From positions 1-27,472 of the forward strand of contig JBEKLW010000001.1 of assembly GCA_050008815.1 (NCBI GenBank): 27,472 nucleotides of DNA, written 5' to 3'. The stretch's first letter is position 1. Each line of letters starts with the position of its first letter. Source of the DNA: Bryobacteraceae bacterium. Lineage in GTDB: Bacteria > Acidobacteriota > Terriglobia > Bryobacterales > Bryobacteraceae. The position numbers and the translations under genes are program-made. The notes beneath the pieces were generated by a model. That model was not told the DNA's origin. It searched no databases and saw nothing but the letters and a program-made list of their open reading frames with translations. Positions 7,193-15,616 of this stretch are shown here, piece by piece.

Positions 7193-10100
7193 ATGGCAGA
7201 CCAAGACCTCGGTGGCGGCTGGACCGTTGCCGGCGCAACACAATCCACACCACCCTCGCCCCCGCCCGCTCAAACTCAGCCACAGGACCTGGGCGGTGGC
7301 TGGACTGTGGCAGCCGCTCCGGCGCCTCCCGTCCGCGCTCCGGCCCCCTCGGTTCCTCCCCCTCCACCCTCCGCGGTATCACCTGATACCGGGGATCAAG
7401 ACCAAGACATTCAGGCCCCAGCTTCGGCCTACGCCCCTCCCACCCGTTATGGCCGCAATCAGCAGGGAAGTCTCGTCTCGAAGTGGAATGGATCGAACTG
7501 GGTAGATTTGTACAACGGCAAAAAGGTAGGAGCGCCGGCCAAAGAAGAATCGGGACCGCAGTACGGGCCAGGACAGGACTTTGCCGCGCAACCCCCCGCG
7601 GCTGGACAGCTAGGCCCCAGCCCAACGGGCGCCCCATCGCCGCAGATCCAGGAACGGGAGATCCCCCCTGCGCCACAGGCGCCCCCCATCCTCGGCATCT
7701 ACGCTCGCAAGCCAGGGACCCCGACATATGTTGGACCAGGGGGGCGAACCTACACGCCACCCCCGGAGGAAACCACCGCTCAAACCCTTCAGAAATTTCT
7801 ACTTTCGCCGCCGCCCTTCGTTCAGGACGCCGTGAAAGAGTTGAACCAGATTATGGTCGGCCCCTTCCAGATCATCCAGAAGGGCATCATCGAGCCTGCC
7901 GCCGGCATGATATCGCCCGCGGGGGCAGCGATGGCAGTCACCGGCGCCGGCTTGGGCGCGGCAGCGGCATCCTCAAGCGCGCAGATGGCGGCGGCAGGCA
8001 AAGCTGCGGATGCAGCCCTCTCGACGTTCTTCACGGGCTTACAGGCGCGCCAGATCACCAAAGAAGTTCCCGAGGCTTACGACGCCTACCAGAAAGGTGA
8101 CTACTGGGGCGCCCTGGGCGAGTTGGGCGCCGCCGGCACATCGGCATTTCTTGGAACGCTGGCGGGAATGCACGCCGCCGGGCAACTCAGTGATGTCGGC
8201 GCGCTGTCGGCAACGCGGCGCGCGCTCCAGGAACGGCTAAACGCCGAGGAAGCCTATCGCGCGGCAGGCGAGCGGGCCGACGCAGCCAGGGCCGCCGCAA
8301 ACAGACCAAGGCTGGCAGCCCCGGCACCGGAAGTCCCCGAAACGCCACCGGTCCCTGGCGAGCCACCGGCGCCAGCCCCCCTCCCGCCAGAAGCCGCCCC
8401 CACCGCTGTACCGACGCCCCCCGAAGCCCCGCCACCGCCCGCAGCCGCCGTGGACCTCGGCGAAGGCTGGCGCACCGCCGCTCCGCCGCGGGTGCCCCAA
8501 GAACCGGCTGCCGCCGCGCCGCCCGCTGTGTCTGTACCGCCGCCGACTATGGCCGCAGCACCACCTACCGCCGCCCCCGCCGCCGGCGCAGCCCAGAAGC
8601 CGGAAGGTCGCTCTGGCGAGGATTTGATTCGCGGCTCGACCAATATCCCCCTCTCCCCGCAAGGAGTCGAGCAAGCCAACCAAATCGGGCAGCGCTTCGC
8701 CCAGAAGGGCGGTTTGGACCTGGTGGTGAGTTCCGACATGGACCGAGCGGTTCAGACTGCGGCTCCGATTGCCCAAGCCAGCGGGGCCTATTTCAGCCAC
8801 GCCACTGAAGGTTTGCATCCCTGGTATCTGGGAGAGGTTGAGGGCCAGCCGACCGAAAAGGTCCTGGATCGCCTGAACGGCTTCATCGACGACTCGCCGG
8901 ATAAACCCGTGCCCGGCCGCAGCGAGGGATCCACACAGAACGGCGAAGCGTTCAACACCTTCAAAGAGCGGGCCATCGGAACGGTTCAGGATTTGATGGA
9001 CCAGTACGCTGAGGCTCAGGCAAACGACCAGCCCATCAAAATCGGAGCGGTCACGCACTACCGGGACGTGAAACTGCTCCACGCGTGGGCCGATGCGGGA
9101 TTTCCGGAGAACCTGGACAAGTTCCAACCTTCGAGCGATGAGATGACCGGCAAGGACGATCCGCCGGGCAGCGTCCAGCAAATTTCACAGGATGCCAAGG
9201 GCAAGTGGCAGATGCAGCCGGTCGATATGGCGAGCAACGCGGCGCTTCAGCCAGGAATCTACATCATCCGGCACAGCCCCACGGTCTATAACGCCGAAAA
9301 CCGCAACATCCCGGCGCCGCCGGTGGGTCAAATGCCCCAGGCTCAGACCCCGGTTCGAACCCCTCCTCCGGCTCCGGCTGTGGTTCAAACGCCACAGCCT
9401 GTCACCCCAATTGGCCGCACCTTACCTCCTCCTCAGCCCCCTGGAATCGTTCCTGCGCCTCCGCAGGGCCAAGGGGCCGAAATAGCGCCCGTGCGAACGC
9501 CCTCCGGTGCCACGGTCACACCAAATACGGTGTCAATGGAGCGCGCCGACTTCGAGCAGGAGCACACGGATCTGCCGAGGATTCTGCGCGAGGGCACACC
9601 AGCGGAGCGTGAGAAAGAAGCGGCGGAGCAGGCGCAGGAGTTGAAGGAAGTTCAGGCGGTGAACGCTCGGGAGCCTGGCTGGGTCGGCAACGTTCCAACC
9701 TCCGAAATCAAGGTAGATGCTCCGCGCTTCCAGTTCAAGGCCAACGTGGGCCAAGGGGGTGTCGGGGAAGAGTCGCGCGACATCACCCGGTGGGACCCGG
9801 AGAAGTCGGGTGTCCTGGCCGTATGGAAAGACCCCGCGGACGGCCAGACCTACGTGGTCAATGGCCATAATCGGCTGGACCTCGCCAGGCGTCTCAATGT
9901 CCCCGAGGCCACCGCCCGCTATTTGGTTGCCAACAACGCGCAGGAAGCGCGTCTCAAGGGCGCACTCATCAACATCGCCGAAGGTAGAGGCGAGGCCACC
10001 GACGCGGCCAAGATATTCCGCGATTCTCGCATGACTCCGGAGCAGTTGCGCGCCAACGGGGTCTCGCTCACGGGCAAGGTGGCCAGCGAAGGGCTGGCGC

Positions 10101-13100
10101 TTTCGAATCTCTCGCAGCCCATCTTCGACGACGTGATTAACGGAACCCTCCCAGTCGCCAGAGGGGCGGTGATCGGCGCCGGCGTCCCCAACCATGCGGA
10201 CCAGCAGGCGCTCTACGACCTGATGCGCCAGCGCGAGCAGGGTGGCAAGCGGCTCACCAACGACCAACTCGGTGAATTGATCCGCCTCAACCAGCGGACG
10301 TCGACCGTTACGGAGCGCCCCGAGGACGAGGTCCAGACCTCCATGTTCGGCGAGGAGGAGATGACGCGCTCGCTCCTTCCGGAGAAGGCCGAGATTTCCG
10401 ACTACGTTCGGAAGCAGTTGGCGGCCGAGAAGAAGCTGTTCGGAACCGTGGCTGCGGCCCCGGCTGCGGAGCGCCTCACGGAAGCCGGAAACATAGTACT
10501 GACCACCCAAAATGCCCAGATCGCGGAGCGCGCCAACCAGGGCATTCTGTTGTATGATCGACTCAGCACCTCGGTCGGTCCGATCGATTCGATTCTCGAT
10601 CAGTCGGCCAAGTCGCTGGCCGGTGGAGAAAGCGCCCATGAAGTCAAACAATCCGCCTACCGCCAAGTCCGCAACCTCCTCGCGGCCCAGGTCCGTAAAC
10701 TCACCGGAGTTCCGCAAGGACATGATCGAGGAGTTAAGGGACTGGGTGAACAAGGGCCACGCCAAGCTGGCCCCGGGGAATACGGTCAGCCGCTACAGTC
10801 CCGTGCAGTAGGTCCACTTCCAGGCCAGCAATCCTTCCTGGTTCCAGAAACCGAAGCCGAGTCTCGGGCCATCGCGCAGTTGAACGAGGCACGGCTGCTG
10901 CATGACCAACTCACCGCGCAGATCCGGTCGGGGATGGCGGCGAAACCAGGGAAGCTGAAGCCCGCGAAAACCCGCGATCTGTTCGCGGAGGAAGGACCGG
11001 AGCAAGGCGGTCTCTTCGCCCGCCGCCTCAAGACCACGCCCGACATGTTCCGCCGCGTGCCCGAGGTGACGCCTGGCGGCCGCGGCTTCTGGGTCTACCA
11101 GGGGAAAGTGATCGACGCCGGCACGGACTTACATGCCACGGTGGCGCAGCGGGCGCTCCCGGGGTCGCTCTTCCAGGAAGCCGTCGGCAAATTGATGGGC
11201 GAGGGCGCCATCCGCGTGCGTGGCGAAAACCTGGAAATGCACCAGCACGCGCTCGACTCCAGCAATCTGCAGCCGGCTGTCGAGCAGGCGGTCAAAGAAG
11301 CCCAGCGCAAGCGCGCGCGAGAAATCGGAGTAGAGGTGCGGACCAGCCCGGACCACGCGGATTACATGACCGTGCCGCTCCCAGAGGTGGGAGAGTTCCT
11401 GGCAAGTCCCCGGCGGTACATGGGGAATCGGGCAATCGCAGCCTTACAGGCGCGGCGTCGCGTCTCACCCGATCAACTCAACCTACTGCCAGGAATCACG
11501 CGATTGAAAGACGCCGGTCGCGAGGACGTGGAGCAGTACTGGGAGGCCGCGGATTCGAAGCCTACCAGTGTGGAACGTGTCCCGTGCCTCCTGGTGAACA
11601 ACGCCGCTATGGACGCAGTGTTGCGGAACATGGGGCCTACCGGCCGGAACGCCACTTCGGAAGCTACCCATGCGGTGGCTCTCAACCCGGCCGAACAGCG
11701 GTATATTCTGGCCGCAGCCAAGAGCCTCCGCGGTACGCAGCCGAATGCGTTCGAGAGAGCGCTACTCAAAATCGCTCGCCAGATTCGCACTATTAACCCC
11801 GGTGGCAGACCTCTGCCTGTGATCCAGACAGGGGCATCGATCACGGGTGAGAATCTGGCGCTGAACGTCCAGGAGGAGATCGACCACAGCAGGCAACTCG
11901 CTCTACACAGGGGCTTGTATGGTTTGCCGGTCGAGGTGGTCGAGACCCCATTAGGGGCTCGGTGCGCGATGGTGTTGGCGGAACGCGCCGGCTATGTCAC
12001 ACTAGACCCGCAATCGGCCTTCTACGAGCATAACCGGGCTGTCATTGCTGCGGAGATTGGTGTCCGCCTGATGCGCCCCGGGAGATATCATGAGATGGGC
12101 GTGACTGCCGATGAAGCCGAAGCCCTCGGCCAACAGTACATCCGCCATCTGAAGAAGCACCCCGGCGCGGCAGCCCGCGTCATACTGGAGCAAATCGATG
12201 CCACGATCAGGCAGAATCAACTTCTTTCTCTCTCCGAACGCAATCTCGCTCTGGAAGGGGGAGAGCCACTTCACCCTGAAAAGGCCATCGGACCCCCAGG
12301 AGTTGGAGGCGCTGTTTCGCCGACTTATCCAGGAGGACGGCCTGGAGGGCGAGGAGTTGGAGAGCGCGGTCCAGGAGATGATGAAGAAGGCGGCGGCGCT
12401 CCCTCAGCAGCAAGATCCGGGTACCAGCCGCAGCCCCTTGCCGCCCGAGCCCCCAAAGTAGGCGGAGGCGAATCCCGCCCGGTCCGTGAGTTTCTGGGTG
12501 AAGAGGCCGGGACCTCGCGCGTCGGGGAAATTCTGAAGGCCGACATCAAGGAGGCGCTGGCTCTCAAATCCAAGCGGGACGCCGCTATCCAAGTCCTCGA
12601 AGAGGCCAAAGCGGACCCGGCGGTCAAGGACCTGGCCGACCGGCTGGCATCGGCCTACCTGGCCGAACGGAACCTCTGGGCCACGCGGGTCAACCAAGTT
12701 ATAGGCCGTCTGCGCAAACTGGTGCCGAGTCCTGTGGACCAGGAAGGCATCGCCATCATGCGGGATATGTACGGCTGTCCAGGTGAACTGGAGCAGTGGG
12801 CTGCGGGCACGCATCCGAACCTCGCCACTCTTGATCCCGAGAAGCGCGCCGCGTTCACGCGGAACATCGACCGTCTGGGGCCGGCCATCGAACGAGCGCA
12901 GAATCCGACTCCGGAGATGATCCAGGCCGACCAGGTGCTGACCAAGATGGCGCGGGCCACCATGATGGAAGGTCAGATGCGCGGGATTATCGAGCGCGGC
13001 CTGACTCCCGAGCGGTACTTCACTCACCTTCTCTGGCCCAAAGGCGAAGGGGAAGCTCCCAAGCCCGCGTCACAGCGCATAGGCCAGATGCTGGGTGGCA

Positions 13101-14887
13101 AGATCAGCCGCTACTTCGCCTTCGCGGAGCACCGCTCCTACCCGACGATCTTCGACGCCATCGCCGACGGCGTGCGGCCGAAGACCCTGAACGCTTTCGA
13201 CGCCGCCACGATTCACGGGGACAAGTTCGCCACCGCGCGCGCGACGCGCATCCTCCAGGATGAGCTGGAGGAAAACCACATGGGAGTGTGGGGCGCGCCG
13301 CGAGCGCCTGGCATCCCGGAGAACTGGGTCGAGTTGGCGCCGCACGCCCGGCTCTTCCGTAACGAGATCCCGGTCACGGACCAGGAGGGAAAGCAGACCT
13401 TTGCGCTGCAAACCTTCTGGACGCCCCAAGTCGTGTCGGACGCTTTGCGACCGATCACCGACCCGGACTACATGCGCGTGATAAAAGGCTTCGGAAACCT
13501 GCGTGCCCGCCAGGCGCTTCTCAAGCAGGCGACGCTGAGCCTTTCACTGTTTCACGCGCGCGCCCTCAATTTGATGGCGTTCTACAATCTGGGACCGGTG
13601 GGAATCACGAAGGGGCTGCTCTGGTTTAAGCGCCTGGGAACCAGCATGGACAATCCCGACTTCGAGCGCGCCGAGCGCCAGTTCGTAATGGACGGCGGAA
13701 CCACGACGATGATGGGCAAGAGCGTCGAGGCATACAAGTCGCTGGAGCCGGGCTCCATTCCCACGTGGACCGACATCTGGAGGAGGGTGCCGGTGATCCG
13801 TGAAATGGATGCGGCGGCCAATACGGTCACCCGCGGCACCTTTGACATTCTGCAACGCTTTTGGAAGGTAACCGACTACCAGATCAAGCGGACGGCCTGG
13901 ATGGCGAAGCATCCCGGCGCCAGCCAGAGCGAATTATCGAAAGCCGGCGAGAGCATCGCCAAGGAAATCAACGCGGTCTACGGCGGCCTGAACTGGGAAA
14001 AACTCGGAGCGAATCACGCCACCGTGGAGGCGCTGCGCGCGATCATGTTGGCTCCCGACTGGACCATCTCCAACATCTTCAATGTGAAGTACGCTCTCGA
14101 AGGGACGGTGCCGGCCGGCCAGACCACCGTGGGCATGAAGGCACTCGGCGCTGGCGGACCGATGGGCACCGGCGCCCCTGAGTTCACCTCGGCCGGCAAA
14201 CGCGAGTGGACCCCGGCCGGGAAGGCGGCTCGCCTTTTCTGGATGCGCGCCGCGGCCTACATCGTCATCGGCTCGGAGTTGGCAAGCTTTGCCCTGACCC
14301 GCCGCTGGTCGAAACGGCCTACGCGGGTGCTCGTCGGAACGGACAAGGACGGCCGGGACGTTTACGAGAACTGGTTCGCCGCCGGAGCGCCCCAGGACGT
14401 CCAGTCCTTCATCGACAATTCCGCTCGTTACGGCGCTCTGGGCGGGGCGGTGCGAACCATGACGAACAAGGCGGCACCGCTTTTCCGCACCGGCCTCGAA
14501 GCCGCCAAGAACGAAGACTTCCTGGGGCGCCCGATCGTGCCCAGGGGCATGAACTTCTGGGCCGCCACGGCGCGCGGCGGAATCCACGCCGCCAAGGGCC
14601 TGGCGCCGATTCCCTACAGCTTCCAGAACGCCTGGAACATGCTGGCTGGGCCGGACAGGGATCGCTACAAGCCTGGAGAGGTTGCGGCTACGATACTGAC
14701 CGGGACCCCGCCGATCCACGTTCGGCCGCAACCGCCGGAGCGGCCGAAGCTCTCGACATGGGAGCAGATCAAACAGAATCGGGTCTACCAGAAGAAACCC
14801 GCCGCACTCCCGCCCCAACTCCGCCAGGCATTCCCCGCCCCTCCCCGTCTTCCTAAACTTCCCGGACAGCAGCAGCGCACGCGGTAA
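7193..14887 (+). CDS. Giant multidomain internal virion/ejection protein (gp16 position; polyvalent-protein-like; 2564 aa)
   Basis: Single 7.7-kb ORF with Pro-rich linkers, Ala/Gly hydrophobic segments (aa ~235-335), histidine phosphatase motifs (aa 476-703), a ParB-like VVNGHNRL motif (aa 888-895), a long helical C-terminal region and NEDFLGRPIVP near the C-terminus. Confidence 0.85.
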   Translation: MADQDLGGGWTVAGATQSTPPSPPPAQTQPQDLGGGWTVAAAPAPPVRAPAPSVPPPPPSAVSPDTGDQDQDIQAPASAYAPPTRYGRNQQGSLVSKWNGSNWVDLYNGKKVGAPAKEESGPQYGPGQDFAAQPPAAGQLGPSPTGAPSPQIQEREIPPAPQAPPILGIYARKPGTPTYVGPGGRTYTPPPEETTAQTLQKFLLSPPPFVQDAVKELNQIMVGPFQIIQKGIIEPAAGMISPAGAAMAVTGAGLGAAAASSSAQMAAAGKAADAALSTFFTGLQARQITKEVPEAYDAYQKGDYWGALGELGAAGTSAFLGTLAGMHAAGQLSDVGALSATRRALQERLNAEEAYRAAGERADAARAAANRPRLAAPAPEVPETPPVPGEPPAPAPLPPEAAPTAVPTPPEAPPPPAAAVDLGEGWRTAAPPRVPQEPAAAAPPAVSVPPPTMAAAPPTAAPAAGAAQKPEGRSGEDLIRGSTNIPLSPQGVEQANQIGQRFAQKGGLDLVVSSDMDRAVQTAAPIAQASGAYFSHATEGLHPWYLGEVEGQPTEKVLDRLNGFIDDSPDKPVPGRSEGSTQNGEAFNTFKERAIGTVQDLMDQYAEAQANDQPIKIGAVTHYRDVKLLHAWADAGFPENLDKFQPSSDEMTGKDDPPGSVQQISQDAKGKWQMQPVDMASNAALQPGIYIIRHSPTVYNAENRNIPAPPVGQMPQAQTPVRTPPPAPAVVQTPQPVTPIGRTLPPPQPPGIVPAPPQGQGAEIAPVRTPSGATVTPNTVSMERADFEQEHTDLPRILREGTPAEREKEAAEQAQELKEVQAVNAREPGWVGNVPTSEIKVDAPRFQFKANVGQGGVGEESRDITRWDPEKSGVLAVWKDPADGQTYVVNGHNRLDLARRLNVPEATARYLVANNAQEARLKGALINIAEGRGEATDAAKIFRDSRMTPEQLRANGVSLTGKVASEGLALSNLSQPIFDDVINGTLPVARGAVIGAGVPNHADQQALYDLMRQREQGGKRLTNDQLGELIRLNQRTSTVTERPEDEVQTSMFGEEEMTRSLLPEKAEISDYVRKQLAAEKKLFGTVAAAPAAERLTEAGNIVLTTQNAQIAERANQGILLYDRLSTSVGPIDSILDQSAKSLAGGESAHEVKQSAYRQVRNLLAAQVRKLTGVPQGHDRGVKGLGEQGPRQAGPGEYGQPLQSRAVGPLPGQQSFLVPETEAESRAIAQLNEARLLHDQLTAQIRSGMAAKPGKLKPAKTRDLFAEEGPEQGGLFARRLKTTPDMFRRVPEVTPGGRGFWVYQGKVIDAGTDLHATVAQRALPGSLFQEAVGKLMGEGAIRVRGENLEMHQHALDSSNLQPAVEQAVKEAQRKRAREIGVEVRTSPDHADYMTVPLPEVGEFLASPRRYMGNRAIAALQARRRVSPDQLNLLPGITRLKDAGREDVEQYWEAADSKPTSVERVPCLLVNNAAMDAVLRNMGPTGRNATSEATHAVALNPAEQRYILAAAKSLRGTQPNAFERALLKIARQIRTINPGGRPLPVIQTGASITGENLALNVQEEIDHSRQLALHRGLYGLPVEVVETPLGARCAMVLAERAGYVTLDPQSAFYEHNRAVIAAEIGVRLMRPGRYHEMGVTADEAEALGQQYIRHLKKHPGAAARVILEQIDATIRQNQLLSLSERNLALEGGEPLHPEKAIGPPGVGGAVSPTYPGGRPGGRGVGERGPGDDEEGGGAPSAARSGYQPQPLAARAPKVGGGESRPVREFLGEEAGTSRVGEILKADIKEALALKSKRDAAIQVLEEAKADPAVKDLADRLASAYLAERNLWATRVNQVIGRLRKLVPSPVDQEGIAIMRDMYGCPGELEQWAAGTHPNLATLDPEKRAAFTRNIDRLGPAIERAQNPTPEMIQADQVLTKMARATMMEGQMRGIIERGLTPERYFTHLLWPKGEGEAPKPASQRIGQMLGGKISRYFAFAEHRSYPTIFDAIADGVRPKTLNAFDAATIHGDKFATARATRILQDELEENHMGVWGAPRAPGIPENWVELAPHARLFRNEIPVTDQEGKQTFALQTFWTPQVVSDALRPITDPDYMRVIKGFGNLRARQALLKQATLSLSLFHARALNLMAFYNLGPVGITKGLLWFKRLGTSMDNPDFERAERQFVMDGGTTTMMGKSVEAYKSLEPGSIPTWTDIWRRVPVIREMDAAANTVTRGTFDILQRFWKVTDYQIKRTAWMAKHPGASQSELSKAGESIAKEINAVYGGLNWEKLGANHATVEALRAIMLAPDWTISNIFNVKYALEGTVPAGQTTVGMKALGAGGPMGTGAPEFTSAGKREWTPAGKAARLFWMRAAAYIVIGSELASFALTRRWSKRPTRVLVGTDKDGRDVYENWFAAGAPQDVQSFIDNSARYGALGGAVRTMTNKAAPLFRTGLEAAKNEDFLGRPIVPRGMNFWAATARGGIHAAKGLAPIPYSFQNAWNMLAGPDRDRYKPGEVAATILTGTPPIHVRPQPPERPKLSTWEQIKQNRVYQKKPAALPPQLRQAFPAPPRLPKLPGQQQRTR
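8618..9301 (+). other. Histidine phosphatase (phosphoglycerate mutase-like) domain, circularly permuted, within the giant ORF
   Basis: DLIRGSTNIPLSPQGVEQA, LDLVVSSDMDRAVQTA, HPWYLGEVEG, GEAFNTFKERA and IGAVTHYRDV occur in canonical order; the normally N-terminal IYIIRHSPTVYNAE comes last (9257-9298). Confidence 0.8.
9680..10230 (+). other. ParB/Srx-like domain within the giant ORF
   Basis: VPTSEIKVDAPRFQFK...GVLAVWKDPADGQTYVVNGHNRLDLARRLNVPE matches the ParB N-terminal pattern ending in hhxGHxRhxxA. Confidence 0.7.
14330..14720 (+). other. Possible LPD38-like C-terminal domain of the giant ORF
   Basis: NKAAPLFRTGLEAAKNEDFLGRPIVP resembles the N-x-D-F-x-G-R-P-I motif recalled from C-termini of large phage internal proteins. 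Confidence 0.4.
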
Positions 14888-14899
14888 GCCTTGGTGGTG

Positions 14900-15070
14900 T
14901 CACGCCATCATCTTTCGCCAGCAGTCGTCACACACGATGGCCGGCTCTCCTCTGTCCTGTAAGCGCATCCACTCTGGAAAGGTCTCGCGGTACTCCTCCA
15001 GAGCTTCGTCGTCGTCCCTCACTTTGGAGAATGTACCGCCGCACTGCGCGCAGATGTAAGTGTCGCTCAT
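14900..15070 (-). CDS. Small Zn-binding protein (56 aa; CxxC...CDDC)
   Basis: MSDTYICAQCGGTFSKVRDDDEALEEYRETF...AIVCDDCWRKMMA; ATG at 15070 overlaps the upstream stop (ATGA). Confidence 0.7.
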   Translation of the reverse strand: MSDTYICAQCGGTFSKVRDDDEALEEYRETFPEWMRLQDRGEPAIVCDDCWRKMMA

Positions 15071-15279
15071 GGGTCGTAGCCGCATTGTTCCCACGGTTGC
15101 AGCGCCCCGTTGGCGATGCAATTAAGGATGCACCCGGCTGGCACCGGCTGTTCCGGCTTGCAGCCGTCACACAACGCGAACGGCTCTCCGTCGCGGGATA
15201 CCTGCCAATTGTAGAGGCGGTAGAGGCGCACCTGCCTCGTGCCTTTCTTCGCTCCGGGCTTTACACTGGAATCAGCCAT
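15067..15279 (-). CDS. Small Cys-rich hypothetical protein (70 aa)
   Basis: MADSSVKPG...LCDGCKPEQPVPAGCILNC...; GGAGG ribosome-binding site upstream; start overlaps the preceding gene end. Confidence 0.55.
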   Translation of the reverse strand: MADSSVKPGAKKGTRQVRLYRLYNWQVSRDGEPFALCDGCKPEQPVPAGCILNCIANGALQPWEQCGYDP

Positions 15280-15535
15280 GGACGACGCCTCCGAGATTCT
15301 TACCGAGCAGGTGGTGGCTCTGATGGACCGCGTTGCTGCGTTGGAGGAGCGCGTCGAGTTGCGCGAGAAAGTCCTGCTCCGCCATGCTGATGATTTCCGG
15401 TAGTAGGTTCGCAATCGGCTCCTCGGGATGCAGTAGACGAGCGTTCGTAATTAGATCGCGGGAGAGCAAGCCGAGGTCGCTAAACGAGAGGACTGTCAAG
15501 ACTTCCGTCGGTACACTTTCCGCCACTGGTAGCAT
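15272..15535 (-). CDS. Hypothetical protein (87 aa from ATG 15535)
   Basis: Helical-looking MLPVAESVPTEVLTVLSFSDLGLLSRDLI...; overlaps the next gene start by 8 nt. Confidence 0.5.
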   Translation of the reverse strand: MLPVAESVPTEVLTVLSFSDLGLLSRDLITNARLLHPEEPIANLLPEIISMAEQDFLAQLDALLQRSNAVHQSHHLLGKNLGGVVHG

Positions 15536-15616
15536 GTGAATTATCCTACGTGTAGCTTTTCCGCCACACCCTGTTTTTCGTCCCATTTCCGAAGAGTCGG
15601 CTCACTCCTTGGAACC

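Noticed and set aside
8606-8620. GRSG as a degenerate RHG motif, making the phosphatase non-permuted
   Set aside because: No hydrophobic beta-strand precedes it and the spacing to the NIPL motif is too short. IYIIRHS at 9257 supplies both the strand and the correct spacing.
4311-14818. Long minus-strand ORFs over the structural genes (e.g. 4311-5240, 5388-6317, 6402-7760, 8237-9181, 9533-10765, 13934-14818)
   Set aside because: Antisense shadows expected in high-GC coding DNA; no motifs, and the + strand frames carry recognisable proteins.
15278-15403. 41-aa plus-strand ORF MDDASEILTEQVVALMDRVAALEERVELREKVLLRHADDFR
   Set aside because: Looks coiled-coil-like, but lies antisense inside a coupled minus-strand operon and has no RBS or promoter; cannot be fully excluded.
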